The notes under the pieces were generated by a model, which was not told the origin of the DNA, did no database searches, and saw only the letters and a program-made list of their open reading frames with translations. A program made the translations under genes and the position numbers. Below, piece after piece: positions 1 through 9,265 of a stretch of 64,000 nt of DNA (within the stretch, counting starts at the first letter, position 1; every line of letters starts with the position of its first letter). The DNA is taken from NCBI GenBank assembly GCA_965242695.1, contig CBDESU010000002.1, positions 1,248,001 through 1,312,000 of the forward strand, given 5' to 3'. This DNA comes from Cenarchaeum sp. GTDB lineage: Archaea; Thermoproteota; Nitrososphaeria; Nitrososphaerales; Nitrosopumilaceae.

Positions 1-765
1 GGCGGCGCCGAGGCGCTCACGTGGGAGTTCCTCACGGGCGAGCCCGGGGCGGTCGGCTCGGGCGTGCCCCTGGCGATAGGGCCGGCCGTGCAGGGGACGG
101 TCATCATAATCGGCCTGTCGGCGCTGCTCGGCCTGCCAGTCGGCATCCTCGGCGGCATCTACCTGGCCGAGTTCGGGCGCGGGTGGTTTGCAAAGCAGAT
201 ACGGTTCTTCATGGACGTCTTCATGGAGTTCCCGTCGATCGTCCTCGGCATATTCGCGTTCCTGGCCGTCGTCCTCCTGCTCGGCCACTTCTCCCTGTGG
301 GCCGGCGCGTTCGCCCTCTCGCTGATAATGTTCCCCATCGTGGCGCGCTCGACCGAGGAGGCCATGAAGATGGTGCCGTGGTCGCTGCGCGAGGCCGGCG
401 CGGCCCTGGGCCTGCGCAACTGGGTCGTCATACTCCGCGTCGTCCTGCCGGCCGCCAAGAAGGGCATCATCACGGGCGTGCTGCTCTCCGTCTCGCGCGT
501 CGGCGGCGAGACGGCCCCCCTCATAATGACCATACTGGGGAGCAGCCAGTTCTTTGCGGGCCTGGACAACCCGATGGACGCCCTGCCGCTGCGCATATGG
601 CGGCTCTCGCTGCAGCCGTACGACGAGGCGCGCCTTGCGGGGTGGGGCGCGGCCCTCGTGCTTGTCCTGCTCATACTGGCCATACATGTCGGCGTCCGCT
701 ACTGGTTTCTCCAAAAGGGGCGGGGCAAGGGTTTAATGGCCCGCCTCGGCCACGGGAGGATGTAG
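1..765 (+). CDS. pstA: Phosphate ABC transporter permease PstA (5' end runs off window)
   Basis: Frame open from base 1; multiple TM helices; EAA-like motif 'SLREAGAALG' and 'RVGGETAPL'; directly upstream of pstB. Confidence 0.93.
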   Translation, partial: GGAEALTWEFLTGEPGAVGSGVPLAIGPAVQGTVIIIGLSALLGLPVGILGGIYLAEFGRGWFAKQIRFFMDVFMEFPSIVLGIFAFLAVVLLLGHFSLWAGAFALSLIMFPIVARSTEEAMKMVPWSLREAGAALGLRNWVVILRVVLPAAKKGIITGVLLSVSRVGGETAPLIMTILGSSQFFAGLDNPMDALPLRIWRLSLQPYDEARLAGWGAALVLVLLILAIHVGVRYWFLQKGRGKGLMARLGHGRM

Positions 766-768
766 GCA

Positions 769-1626
769 ATGCCCGCCGCAGCCCTGGCCGAGCCGATCGT
801 CGCGCCGCAGCCCGGCCGCGCCGCCGAGTCCGAGGCGCGCGAGGCCGGCGCCGGCGGTGAGCCCGCCAGGCGGCTCAAGATGGTCACCGAGCACGTCAGC
901 GTGCACTACGGCAAGGTAGAGGCCGTCAAGGACGTCTCGATGGGCTTTCCCGAGAGGTCGGTGACGGCCCTCATAGGGCCGTCGGGGTGCGGCAAGACGA
1001 CCTTTCTTAGATGCCTCAACCGCATGCACGACATGACGAGCAGCGCGCGCGTGTCCGGCAGGGTAAGGATAGACGAGGCCGACCTGTACGACCGCAGCGT
1101 CGACCCGATATACCACCGGCGCAAGGTCGGCATGGTCTTCCAAAAGCCCAACCCGTTCCCGACCATGTCCATATACGACAACGTGGTCGCCGGCGTCCGG
1201 CTCAACGGGGTGCGCGACCGCCGCATACTCGACGAGATCGTAGAGGACACGCTCCGCATGGCGTACCTGTGGGACGAGGTCAGGGGCGACCTGCGCAAGC
1301 CGGCCGTCGAGCTGTCCGGCGGGCAGCAGCAGCGCCTGTGCATAGCGCGCGCCCTTGCCATACAGCCCGAGGTGCTCCTCATGGACGAGCCCGCCTCGGC
1401 GCTCGACCCGATAGCGACGCAGAAGATCGAGGAGACGATCACCGAGCTCAAGAGGGACTACTGCATCATCATCGTAACGCACAACATGCAGCAGGCCCTG
1501 CGCTGCTCGGACTATACGGGCTTCATGTACCTCGGCGAGCTGATCGAGTTCGGGGAGACGGGCCAGATATTCACGCAGCCGCGCAACGAGCTGACGTCGC
1601 GGTACGTCCAGGGCCAGTTCGGCTAG
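769..1626 (+). CDS. pstB: Phosphate ABC transporter ATP-binding protein PstB
   Basis: Walker A GPSGCGKT, '[11 protein letters not shown]', signature LSGGQQQRL, Walker B LLMDEP. Confidence 0.96.
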   Translation: MPAAALAEPIVAPQPGRAAESEAREAGAGGEPARRLKMVTEHVSVHYGKVEAVKDVSMGFPERSVTALIGPSGCGKTTFLRCLNRMHDMTSSARVSGRVRIDEADLYDRSVDPIYHRRKVGMVFQKPNPFPTMSIYDNVVAGVRLNGVRDRRILDEIVEDTLRMAYLWDEVRGDLRKPAVELSGGQQQRLCIARALAIQPEVLLMDEPASALDPIATQKIEETITELKRDYCIIIVTHNMQQALRCSDYTGFMYLGELIEFGETGQIFTQPRNELTSRYVQGQFG

Positions 1627-1641
1627 GCCGGGCGGGGCGAG

Positions 1642-2310
1642 GTGCCGAGGCCGGGATCGCGGGCGGGAAGAGGGGGGACGGGAGCGGTGGATCGGCTCAT
1701 AAGCCCGCCGCTGCGCGCCGTGGCCGACCTCATGTCCGAGATGGGCCGCAAGGCCGTCGACTGCACCGCCCTTGCGATCGACTCGTACCTGGAGGGCGGC
1801 GACTCGGTCCTCCGGGTAAAGGCCATGTCCGACGACATACGGCGCCGGTACCACGAGGTCGAGGACCTCACGTTCGGCACCCTCATGCGGTACCAGCCGG
1901 CGGCCGAGGAGTTCCGGTTCATACGGTCGTCGACCGAGATCGCGTACGCATTCTCGCGCCTCGGCAGGTACGCCTTCGACATAGCCCTCGTGCGCGCAAA
2001 GTTCGGCGACCTGTCGGGGTGCGACAAGAGGTGGCTGCTAGAGGTGGCAAACGAGGTCAAGGGGATGACGGCCGATGCAGTCCTGTCGTTCGCCGAGCTC
2101 GACACGGGCAGGGCCGCGAAGATACGGGCGCGCGAGGACTTTGTCGACAGGGTGTACCGCGGCCGCATACCCGAGCTCGTCCGGTCTGCGAGCACGCCGT
2201 GCGCCCTGTCCGAGGCGCTCGTCCTGCTGTACCTGGAGCGGATGGCCGACCACGCCGTGTTCATGAGCGGCTCGGTCGACTACATCGTCAACGGTAGGCA
2301 CGGGGAGTAG
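1642..2310 (+). CDS. phoU: Phosphate uptake regulator PhoU (start codon uncertain)
   Basis: Two helical PhoU repeats; 'YQPAAEEFR', 'LERMADHA'; follows pstB. Confidence 0.88.
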   Translation: MPRPGSRAGRGGTGAVDRLISPPLRAVADLMSEMGRKAVDCTALAIDSYLEGGDSVLRVKAMSDDIRRRYHEVEDLTFGTLMRYQPAAEEFRFIRSSTEIAYAFSRLGRYAFDIALVRAKFGDLSGCDKRWLLEVANEVKGMTADAVLSFAELDTGRAAKIRAREDFVDRVYRGRIPELVRSASTPCALSEALVLLYLERMADHAVFMSGSVDYIVNGRHGE

Positions 2311-2406
2311 GGCGGTATAGGCAGTGACCGGCGCCTTGGCCGCCGCCCTGCGCGGCACCGGGCGATTTTTCTCACGCCTACGCGAAGGGTATATAGCTTA
2401 ACCTGC

Positions 2407-2607
2407 ATGCGCCACTTCCCGATGATGAGGGAGGTCAAGCCGCTCAGCGACCGCCAGTGGGCCATGGTCATAGAGCAACTGAGGGAGGGTCCTACTCCCG
2501 AGATGAGGAGTGGGATTGAGATGGCCATGGAGCGGGCCAAACACATAAAGGAGATCAGCTATGAAGAGGTCGAAAGGCGCCGAAGGCGAGCAGCGAAAGA
2601 GTCCTGA
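2407..2607 (+). CDS. Small putative antitoxin upstream of GNAT toxin-like gene
   Basis: 66 aa; TATA-like TATATA at ~2390; overlaps the start of the GNAT ORF; a decayed copy lies at ~6969-7170. Confidence 0.6.
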   Translation: MRHFPMMREVKPLSDRQWAMVIEQLREGPTPEMRSGIEMAMERAKHIKEISYEEVERRRRRAAKES

Positions 2608-3084
2608 GATTACCTTGGTGCACGCCGGCACTGATCCCGACCCAAACTTCGATTGCCGAAACCCCGAGTTCAACGACTACTACAGAGTCACTTCCTACAG
2701 TGACATGGAAGAGGGCCTGAACCTAACGTGGCAGTATATTGACGACAAGGGGGGCACGTTTGCCTACATCTCGGTCGCGGCGGCGCACCTGCGGCCCGGC
2801 CGCGACCCTGCCCTGCAGGGGACGGGCTACGGCAACATCCCTGCACTGCTCGTCGGCTACCCTACCACCGACAAGGATCACGAGCGGCAGGGGGTGGCCA
2901 CTGACCTTTTACTCTGGTCGATCGAAGAGGCAATGCGCCTGTCGGAGGGGATTGGCTGCCGCATCGTCATGCTCAACCCCGTCAGCATCCCGATGCCATG
3001 AGATTCTGCCACAGCCTCGGCTTTATTGCGGCCCTATGCGGCTTCAGACACCGCAGGTGGACGCAGGTCGACTTCGATTGCTAA
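2561..3084 (+). pseudogene. GNAT acetyltransferase (AtaT/TacT-like toxin), frameshifted
   Basis: 'FDC...FNDYY', 'IPALLVG', acetyl-CoA motif 'ERQGVA', 'IGCRIVML'; the C-terminal motif 'DAMRFCHSLGF' continues in another frame after ~2983, to TAA 3082-3084. Confidence 0.72.
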
Positions 3085-3236
3085 AAGCGGCGCGCAACCG
3101 CCGTGCGCCCCTGCTATGCGCCCGACCGGGCGCCTGGGAAGAGGGCGACCTGTACACAACAGGGCCCGCCGCTATGGGACGGGGCGCGGCCCCGGCTGGC
3201 CCCGCGCGCCGCGCCCCTCCGGGCTGCCGTTTTTCG

Positions 3237-6200
3237 TCAGTCTGCCCGTTCGCCGCCGCCGCCGTCGCCCGAGCTTCCAAGCCTGCGCGCCAGCCTCAGT
3301 GCGACAAGCCTGGCGAGCTCGTCCCTGATGGCGGCCTTTTCCGCACCGCCAAATCCCAGCGTGCCTAGCACCGCGTCGTCGAGCGCATCCCGATCAAGCG
3401 TCTCGCAGTATGATTCCCACGCCTTGCCGAGATCTGACGCCGCCTTCTTCGGCATGTCCTTGAGGCGGGGGATCGGGACGGGGTTGAAGTTTTTCACCTC
3501 CACGCTCAGGGCGCCGCCACCCATCGGATTTCCGCACCTCTCCAAGTGCAGGCCAAACCACGATGATGCAAAGTACGCCATATACGCCCGCGCGTAGGAC
3601 GCGGCCTCTGGGGTGTACGACACGAACGTGTTCGTCGCACGGTATGTTCCCGCGTTCTCGTACACCTTGATCCTGTCGCCTATTATGCGGCTCAGGAAGA
3701 TCGGCGGGGGCGGACGCCTGTCCAGGCCGAGCGAGTACCAGAACCTGCGTGATGACATGGTCGGCAAGTCCGGCAGCAGGGCAGTTGTCCGCCGGCCCTC
3801 CTTTTTGGTCGGCGCTTCCGTGGCCTCACCCCTCTCTATGTATCGAAGTACCGCGGCCCCTCTGCGCCTGCCTGCCAGGGCTCCCTTCCCGTCGTCTACG
3901 CTGAGCAGGTAGGACTCGGCGTTTCCATCCGCCAGCACGGGGCTGTCGCCGCCGGTCACGTGCGGGGCCGCGTATTCCAGGCCTATTCCATTCTTCGCCA
4001 TGTCGTCCTTGTTTAGCACAAAAAACTCGGCGTTTCCAGTCACGACCCCGCGCCGCACAGCGCCGCCCTCGTCCATTCTCTGCATCGGGGCGGTCGGCTC
4101 GGCGACGGCTTTGTGGAACAGCGAGTTCCAGTTGCCGGGCCTGATCGCGCCCTGCCCCTTGCGCAGCACGGCACTGGGGCGCATCAGGTCAAAGTCGTGC
4201 GCGGAACGGGCGCTTGCCAGCTCCACGACGCTTTCCCCGGACGGGCGCACCCGCCTGAGCAGAACCACGGCCGTGTTCACGTCGGCGTCCTCGAACACCT
4301 TGAACTCGGGGACGACAATAGACGTGATCTCGGCGTTGTCCAGGATCGCCCTCTGGAGCGCCAGCCCGTAGTCCGAGTGCAGCCAGCCGTCGCTCGATAT
4401 GAAGCCGAGGCGGCCGCCCTCGGCCAGGTTCGCCAGGGAGTGGTAGTAAAAGTAGCACCCGAGGTCGCTCGTCCTGGGCACCTCGAAGCCGTCCCCGAGG
4501 TCGAGCGGCGGCGCCTGCGCATGCCGAGGCGGCCTGGCCCCCTTCGTCGCGCCGGCCACGTCCTCGTGCCTAACGAACGGCGGGTTGCCGACGATCACGG
4601 AAAACCCCGGCTTGTCGCGGCCGAACACTCCGGGAAACGCCTCCTCCCAGTCGAGCCCGCCGTTTGAGACGCTGTCGCCGGCCACTATGTTGCGCGAGAG
4701 ATCGGGGAGGCTCTCGCCGCGCGAAGCAGTCAGCAGGAACAGGGATAGGCGCGTTATCTCGACCGACTGCACGTTTATGTCCACGCCGTATATGTTGTCG
4801 CGCACTATGGATCTTATCCTGGCGTCGTCTATGGCGGGATTGAGCGTTCCGTGGTCAATGTCGCCGTTCGTCTCCCTGTACCCCCTCATCGTCCGGTGTA
4901 TGTCGAGAAGGGTGGCGACGGCCTCTGTCAGGAATGCGCCCGACCCGCATGCGGGATCGAGTATCTTGATCCGGGCCAAACGATCGTCCAGGGCACTCAG
5001 GTCGTCGGCGTACTCGGCGACAAGGGACGCAGGATCCTCGGCCGCCCCGGACCTTGAGAGGTGCGGTATGATCGTCCTGCGGCAGACGTACCTGGTTATG
5101 TACTCTGGGGTATAGTAGACGCCCTCGCGCTTCCTCCTGTAAGTCTTCTTCCCTGACAGCTCTTCGAGGTCGCCGAGCGAGTGCTCGAATATGTGCCCGA
5201 GTATGCTCACGCGCACTTGGCTGGCATAGTCGTACGATGAGAGGGCCAGCAGGTTCTTGATGACGGGGTTGACGTCGGCGTGTCGGCGTACCGCCCCCTC
5301 GATTTTTTCCTTGAACTCCCACGACCGGCGTCCCGCCTTCTGCTCTATGTCTCCGAAGAATCCACTCTCTCGCCTGTCCCGAAAGTGCAGGCGCGCATCG
5401 ATCTCCGTGCCGAACAGTCCGCCGTTGAACGCCGCGACGTTTGGATCGTCCGATCCTTCGTTGAACCAGCCGAACAGCTCGCCGCAGATGAACAGCCAGA
5501 CGCGCTTGGAGCTGCGCCTGGGATCGGAGTACAGCTGCTTGATCACGCCGTCGACAAATAGGTCCTTTTCGCCGACGAGCTCGCCGTCCTCCACGAAGAA
5601 TATGAATATAAGGCGGTTGAGGAACGACTGCGCAGCCGAGACCGCCTCGTCCCTTGTGGCCCCGCACTCCTCGAACTCCCTGACCAGCATGAGGCGGGTT
5701 TGGCCATAGAGCGCGTAGAACTCGCCCGTCAGTTCCCTCTCCTCGTCAGCGGTTTCGCCCCGGGCGCGCTCCGCAACGCCCCCGTCTATTGACTCTCTCG
5801 AGAAGACCGCGATAAACTCTGCCAGCCTTCCGGGATCCTGCCTGACCTCCTCAAAGTCAAACTCGTGGTGCTTTTGCGTCCCGGTCTCCCTTGAGAGCAG
5901 GACAAAGCGCCGGTAGTTGGTGCATATCCCGTAGCTGGCCCCCGTGCTCCCCATGTAGTCCCACAGCTGCTTTACCGGAGTGTAGTGCTCCATCTTGGCA
6001 CGGTGCTGCGGGGCAAACAGGTCCTTTGTTGCCGTCCCCTTTACCTCGAAACACACGCCTGCCCCTCCGCCTCCGCCTCCGCCGTTGCCGCGGTACTGGA
6101 ATTCGACCCTGTCCTCAAACACCAAATCGTCGATCGGATAGCCGAGCATGTCGGAGAGCACGATTTTTGCAAACTTCGGGTAGTTTCTCTGCTCTCCTGC

Positions 6201-6323
6201 AAGCTCGCCTGCCCCAAGTAATGCCAGCCATTGCCCTGCCGCGTCGCGCTGCCGCCGATTCGGCCTTGCGCTGGCGCACATGCCCTTGACGGTCAGGGGA
6301 GAAAAGAGGCGGTTGTCCCTCAT
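3237..6323 (-). CDS. Type IIG/IIL-like fused restriction endonuclease-N6-adenine methyltransferase
   Basis: N-terminal nuclease-like 'FEVKG', 'YYTPEYIT', motif I 'LDPACGSGAFL', motif IV 'GNPPF', C-terminal TRD-like region. Confidence 0.85.
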   Translation of the reverse strand: MRDNRLFSPLTVKGMCASARPNRRQRDAAGQWLALLGAGELAGEQRNYPKFAKIVLSDMLGYPIDDLVFEDRVEFQYRGNGGGGGGGAGVCFEVKGTATKDLFAPQHRAKMEHYTPVKQLWDYMGSTGASYGICTNYRRFVLLSRETGTQKHHEFDFEEVRQDPGRLAEFIAVFSRESIDGGVAERARGETADEERELTGEFYALYGQTRLMLVREFEECGATRDEAVSAAQSFLNRLIFIFFVEDGELVGEKDLFVDGVIKQLYSDPRRSSKRVWLFICGELFGWFNEGSDDPNVAAFNGGLFGTEIDARLHFRDRRESGFFGDIEQKAGRRSWEFKEKIEGAVRRHADVNPVIKNLLALSSYDYASQVRVSILGHIFEHSLGDLEELSGKKTYRRKREGVYYTPEYITRYVCRRTIIPHLSRSGAAEDPASLVAEYADDLSALDDRLARIKILDPACGSGAFLTEAVATLLDIHRTMRGYRETNGDIDHGTLNPAIDDARIRSIVRDNIYGVDINVQSVEITRLSLFLLTASRGESLPDLSRNIVAGDSVSNGGLDWEEAFPGVFGRDKPGFSVIVGNPPFVRHEDVAGATKGARPPRHAQAPPLDLGDGFEVPRTSDLGCYFYYHSLANLAEGGRLGFISSDGWLHSDYGLALQRAILDNAEITSIVVPEFKVFEDADVNTAVVLLRRVRPSGESVVELASARSAHDFDLMRPSAVLRKGQGAIRPGNWNSLFHKAVAEPTAPMQRMDEGGAVRRGVVTGNAEFFVLNKDDMAKNGIGLEYAAPHVTGGDSPVLADGNAESYLLSVDDGKGALAGRRRGAAVLRYIERGEATEAPTKKEGRRTTALLPDLPTMSSRRFWYSLGLDRRPPPPIFLSRIIGDRIKVYENAGTYRATNTFVSYTPEAASYARAYMAYFASSWFGLHLERCGNPMGGGALSVEVKNFNPVPIPRLKDMPKKAASDLGKAWESYCETLDRDALDDAVLGTLGFGGAEKAAIRDELARLVALRLARRLGSSGDGGGGERAD

Positions 6324-6968
6324 CGGACCTCCCTCCTAGCGTCACGGGCAGGGTGCGCGAATGCCGGCCTTATGTCCTGAATCGACTGTCCCTGTCGCAC
6401 TCGCCGCGGGCCCGTTTCGTCCATATGTGCGCAGCTTTGAATCGATATTTAAACCACCTTGCGATCGGACTGCCAAGTGCGGATGCGCCTCTCTCGCCCC
6501 GCCGCAGCGTTCACAGGAGGCGCCCTTCGCGCGCGATGGCGGCGCGGCGGGTGCGGTCACCTCCCCCTGCCGAGCTCACAGGAGGGGTGCGGGCGCCCGT
6601 CATGGGCATGGGGCAGGCGGAGTCCGGCCGCTTCCGCGGGCGCCCGCCGCCCTGCACAGCTGCCCGGGCCGCGCGCCGGCCGGCCGATGCGCCGCGCCAT
6701 GACGCGCCCGTCTTCGCGCCCTGTTTGCTCCGGAGCCTCGGTTGATCTGCGCCGCCAGGCCGGCGCCGGCGTATGGGGAGCGGGCGGGCGAAGAGGTGCC
6801 TTGCGGCCAGCCTTGCCGCCGCCTCCCGACGCCGCCGGAGCCATGGCGGCTTGGCGCAGATGGAGTCGATCGCGCCGGATCGAATGCGCGAGCGACGTGG
6901 CGCGCCGCAGCGGCTCCGTCCCAATGCCCGTGTCTTGGACGCCTGCCTGCATGGGCGTATGCATGCCC

Positions 6969-7170
6969 CGCACTTGCCGCTTCCCGATGATGGGGGGCGC
7001 CAAGCCGCTCAGCGACCTCGGGCGGGCCGCGGCCGTGGGGCATCTGAGGGAGGGCCCGACCCCCGAATGGGGCGCGGCATCGAGGTGGCCGGGGAGCGGG
7101 CCGAGCAGACGGGGGAGATCCGCCCTGGAGTGCCGAACGGCGCCGCAGGCGGCGGCGGCAGAGTCCGAGG
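6969..7170 (+). pseudogene. Decayed copy of the 2407-2607 antitoxin-like gene
   Basis: Aligns by eye (ttcccgatgatg..aagccgctcagcgac..ctgagggaggg..gagcgggcc..gagatc..gagtcc); start lost, indels present. Confidence 0.75.
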
Positions 7171-7227
7171 CCTCCGCCCTAGCGCCGCCTGTAAGTTATA
7201 AGTGCCGCCGCCTGCCCCGCCGCCGCA

Positions 7228-9258
7228 TTGCTAGTCCTCAACCCGTTCATGGCCATGGTCTTTGCGGCGTTCCTGGCGTCGGCGGTGATCATCACGCTGT
7301 ACACGTGCAACTTTTACTACCTTGCGTTCCTCTCGTCGCGCCGCCGCGAGGCGCACGAGACGGCCGACGGCGGGGGGGCGTGCCCGACCGTGACGGTGCA
7401 GCTGCCCATCTACAACGAGCGGTACGTCGCCGCCCGCCTCATCGACTCGGTCTGCGCCATGGACTATCCCAAGGAGCGCATGCGGATCATGGTCCTCGAC
7501 GACTCGAACGACGGCACCGTCGAGATGGTCGGGGGAATGGTAGAGGACTACCGCCGCAGGGGGTACGACATAGAGCACGTGCGGCGCGGCACGCGAAGCG
7601 GCTACAAGGCCGGCGCCCTCAAGCACGCCATGAAGACGACCGACACCGACTTTGTGGCCATATTCGACGCCGACTTTATGCCGCCCGAGTGGTTCCTGCG
7701 CCGGGCAATACCGCACTTTGCGAGCCCCGGCATCGGCCTGGTGCAGTGCAGGTGGGGCCACGTCAACGAGAACTATTCTGCGATAACGCAGGCGCAGGCG
7801 CTCAGCCTCGACTTCCACTTCCTCATAGAGCAGAGGGCCAAGAGCAACTCGCACCTGTTCATGAACTTCAACGGGACCGCCGGCGTGTGGCGGCGCGAGT
7901 GCATCGAGGACGCCGGCGGGTGGCACACGGCCACGCTCGTCGAGGACCTCGACCTCAGCTACAGGGCCCAGATGCGCGGGTGGAAGTGCCTCTTCGTCTC
8001 GGACATGGTCGTCGACGCCGAGCTGCCCGTGCAGATGAACGCGGCAAAGCGCCAGCAGTTCCGCTGGGCAAAGGGGTCCATACAGTGCGCCCTAAAGCTC
8101 CTCTCGGACATAATCGTCGAGCGCAAGGTCGCCGCCGAGGCGAAGGTGCAGGCGTTCGTCCAGCTCACGCGGCACATCGTCTTCCCGCTCATGCTCGTGC
8201 AGTTCCTCACGCTGCCGGTCCTGCTCGCCTCGGGCGTCAGCCTGTACCTGGTGTCGTTCCTGCCGGCCCTCACGATAGGGGCGTACCTTGCGATGGGGCC
8301 GGGCGCGTACGCCGTCATCATGCGGCAGATGTACCGCAGCTCGTGGCGCGCCAAGATCAGGGTCCTGCCGGCCCTGATGCTGTACGGGTTCGGCATGTCG
8401 GTGAACAACACGGTGGCCGTCTTCGATGCAGTCTTCGGCAAGAAGAACGAGTTTTTGCGCACGCCAAAGTTCGGCATCGTCAGCAAGGGCGACGACTGGC
8501 GCGGCAAGGCGTACAACCTGCCATTCACAAAGACGACGCTCCTAGAGATATTCTTCGCCGTGTACGGCATACTCGGCGTCTTCATCGCCATCCTCTCGAA
8601 CAACGCCCTGTTCGCGCCGATCATAGGCATGCAGGCGGCCGGCTACGTCTACATCTCGTACCTGAGCCTGTCGCACTCGCGGTTCAAAAGGCATAAATCG
8701 CCAAGGCGCCCCGCGCCGAGCCGGGAGGAGCGCATGGCCGACGCGGTGTACAAGGTTGCGGTGGGAGGCATACTGGCGATCATCGCCGCCGGCGTGTACG
8801 TCGCGATCGACGGGTACGCCGCCGGCGTGTACCCGCTCGACCTTGCGCGCGGCCACCTGGCCGAGGTCGTCCGCTCGACCGATCCGGTCGCCGTCACGGC
8901 CCTCGTGGCCGACACAAAGGCGCTGCTCCCCGAGGGCGGCAACCCCGTGTGGATATTTGCGACGTCGGACACGGACTGGGGCATCATGCAGGCGCAGCTC
9001 GACGGCATGTCGGCGACGGCCCTTGCCATATCGCGCTCGCCCGTCGACAGCTCGGCGTACCACACGGGCATGTCCAACATAAAGGCCGCCGCCGACGAGA
9101 TACGCGTGAGCATATCGGCGGCGACCCCGTACATGTACGTCAACCCGATGACGATGCTGGTCAGCTGCCTGTGGGTCGCCGCCATAATCGGGATATTCGC
9201 CGTCCTCAAGCGGCGCCGCGAGCGCCTCGTAGAGTACGACGCCTCGCAGGACGTGTAG
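7228..9258 (+). CDS. Processive GT2 glycosyltransferase (cellulose synthase-like/CslA-like) with C-terminal extracellular domain
   Basis: 'LPIYNE', DDS, 'GYKAGAL', DAD, 'VEDLDLS', QQFRW (QxxRW), multiple TMs. Confidence 0.92.
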   Translation: MLVLNPFMAMVFAAFLASAVIITLYTCNFYYLAFLSSRRREAHETADGGGACPTVTVQLPIYNERYVAARLIDSVCAMDYPKERMRIMVLDDSNDGTVEMVGGMVEDYRRRGYDIEHVRRGTRSGYKAGALKHAMKTTDTDFVAIFDADFMPPEWFLRRAIPHFASPGIGLVQCRWGHVNENYSAITQAQALSLDFHFLIEQRAKSNSHLFMNFNGTAGVWRRECIEDAGGWHTATLVEDLDLSYRAQMRGWKCLFVSDMVVDAELPVQMNAAKRQQFRWAKGSIQCALKLLSDIIVERKVAAEAKVQAFVQLTRHIVFPLMLVQFLTLPVLLASGVSLYLVSFLPALTIGAYLAMGPGAYAVIMRQMYRSSWRAKIRVLPALMLYGFGMSVNNTVAVFDAVFGKKNEFLRTPKFGIVSKGDDWRGKAYNLPFTKTTLLEIFFAVYGILGVFIAILSNNALFAPIIGMQAAGYVYISYLSLSHSRFKRHKSPRRPAPSREERMADAVYKVAVGGILAIIAAGVYVAIDGYAAGVYPLDLARGHLAEVVRSTDPVAVTALVADTKALLPEGGNPVWIFATSDTDWGIMQAQLDGMSATALAISRSPVDSSAYHTGMSNIKAAADEIRVSISAATPYMYVNPMTMLVSCLWVAAIIGIFAVLKRRRERLVEYDASQDV

Positions 9259-9265
9259 CGGGGCG

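Noticed and set aside
6459-8696. Long overlapping ORFs (also 31084-33843, 47718-50738, 60956-62974 and many others)
   Set aside because: Arg/Pro/Ala-rich alternate-frame or antisense shadows of real genes, expected at this GC content.
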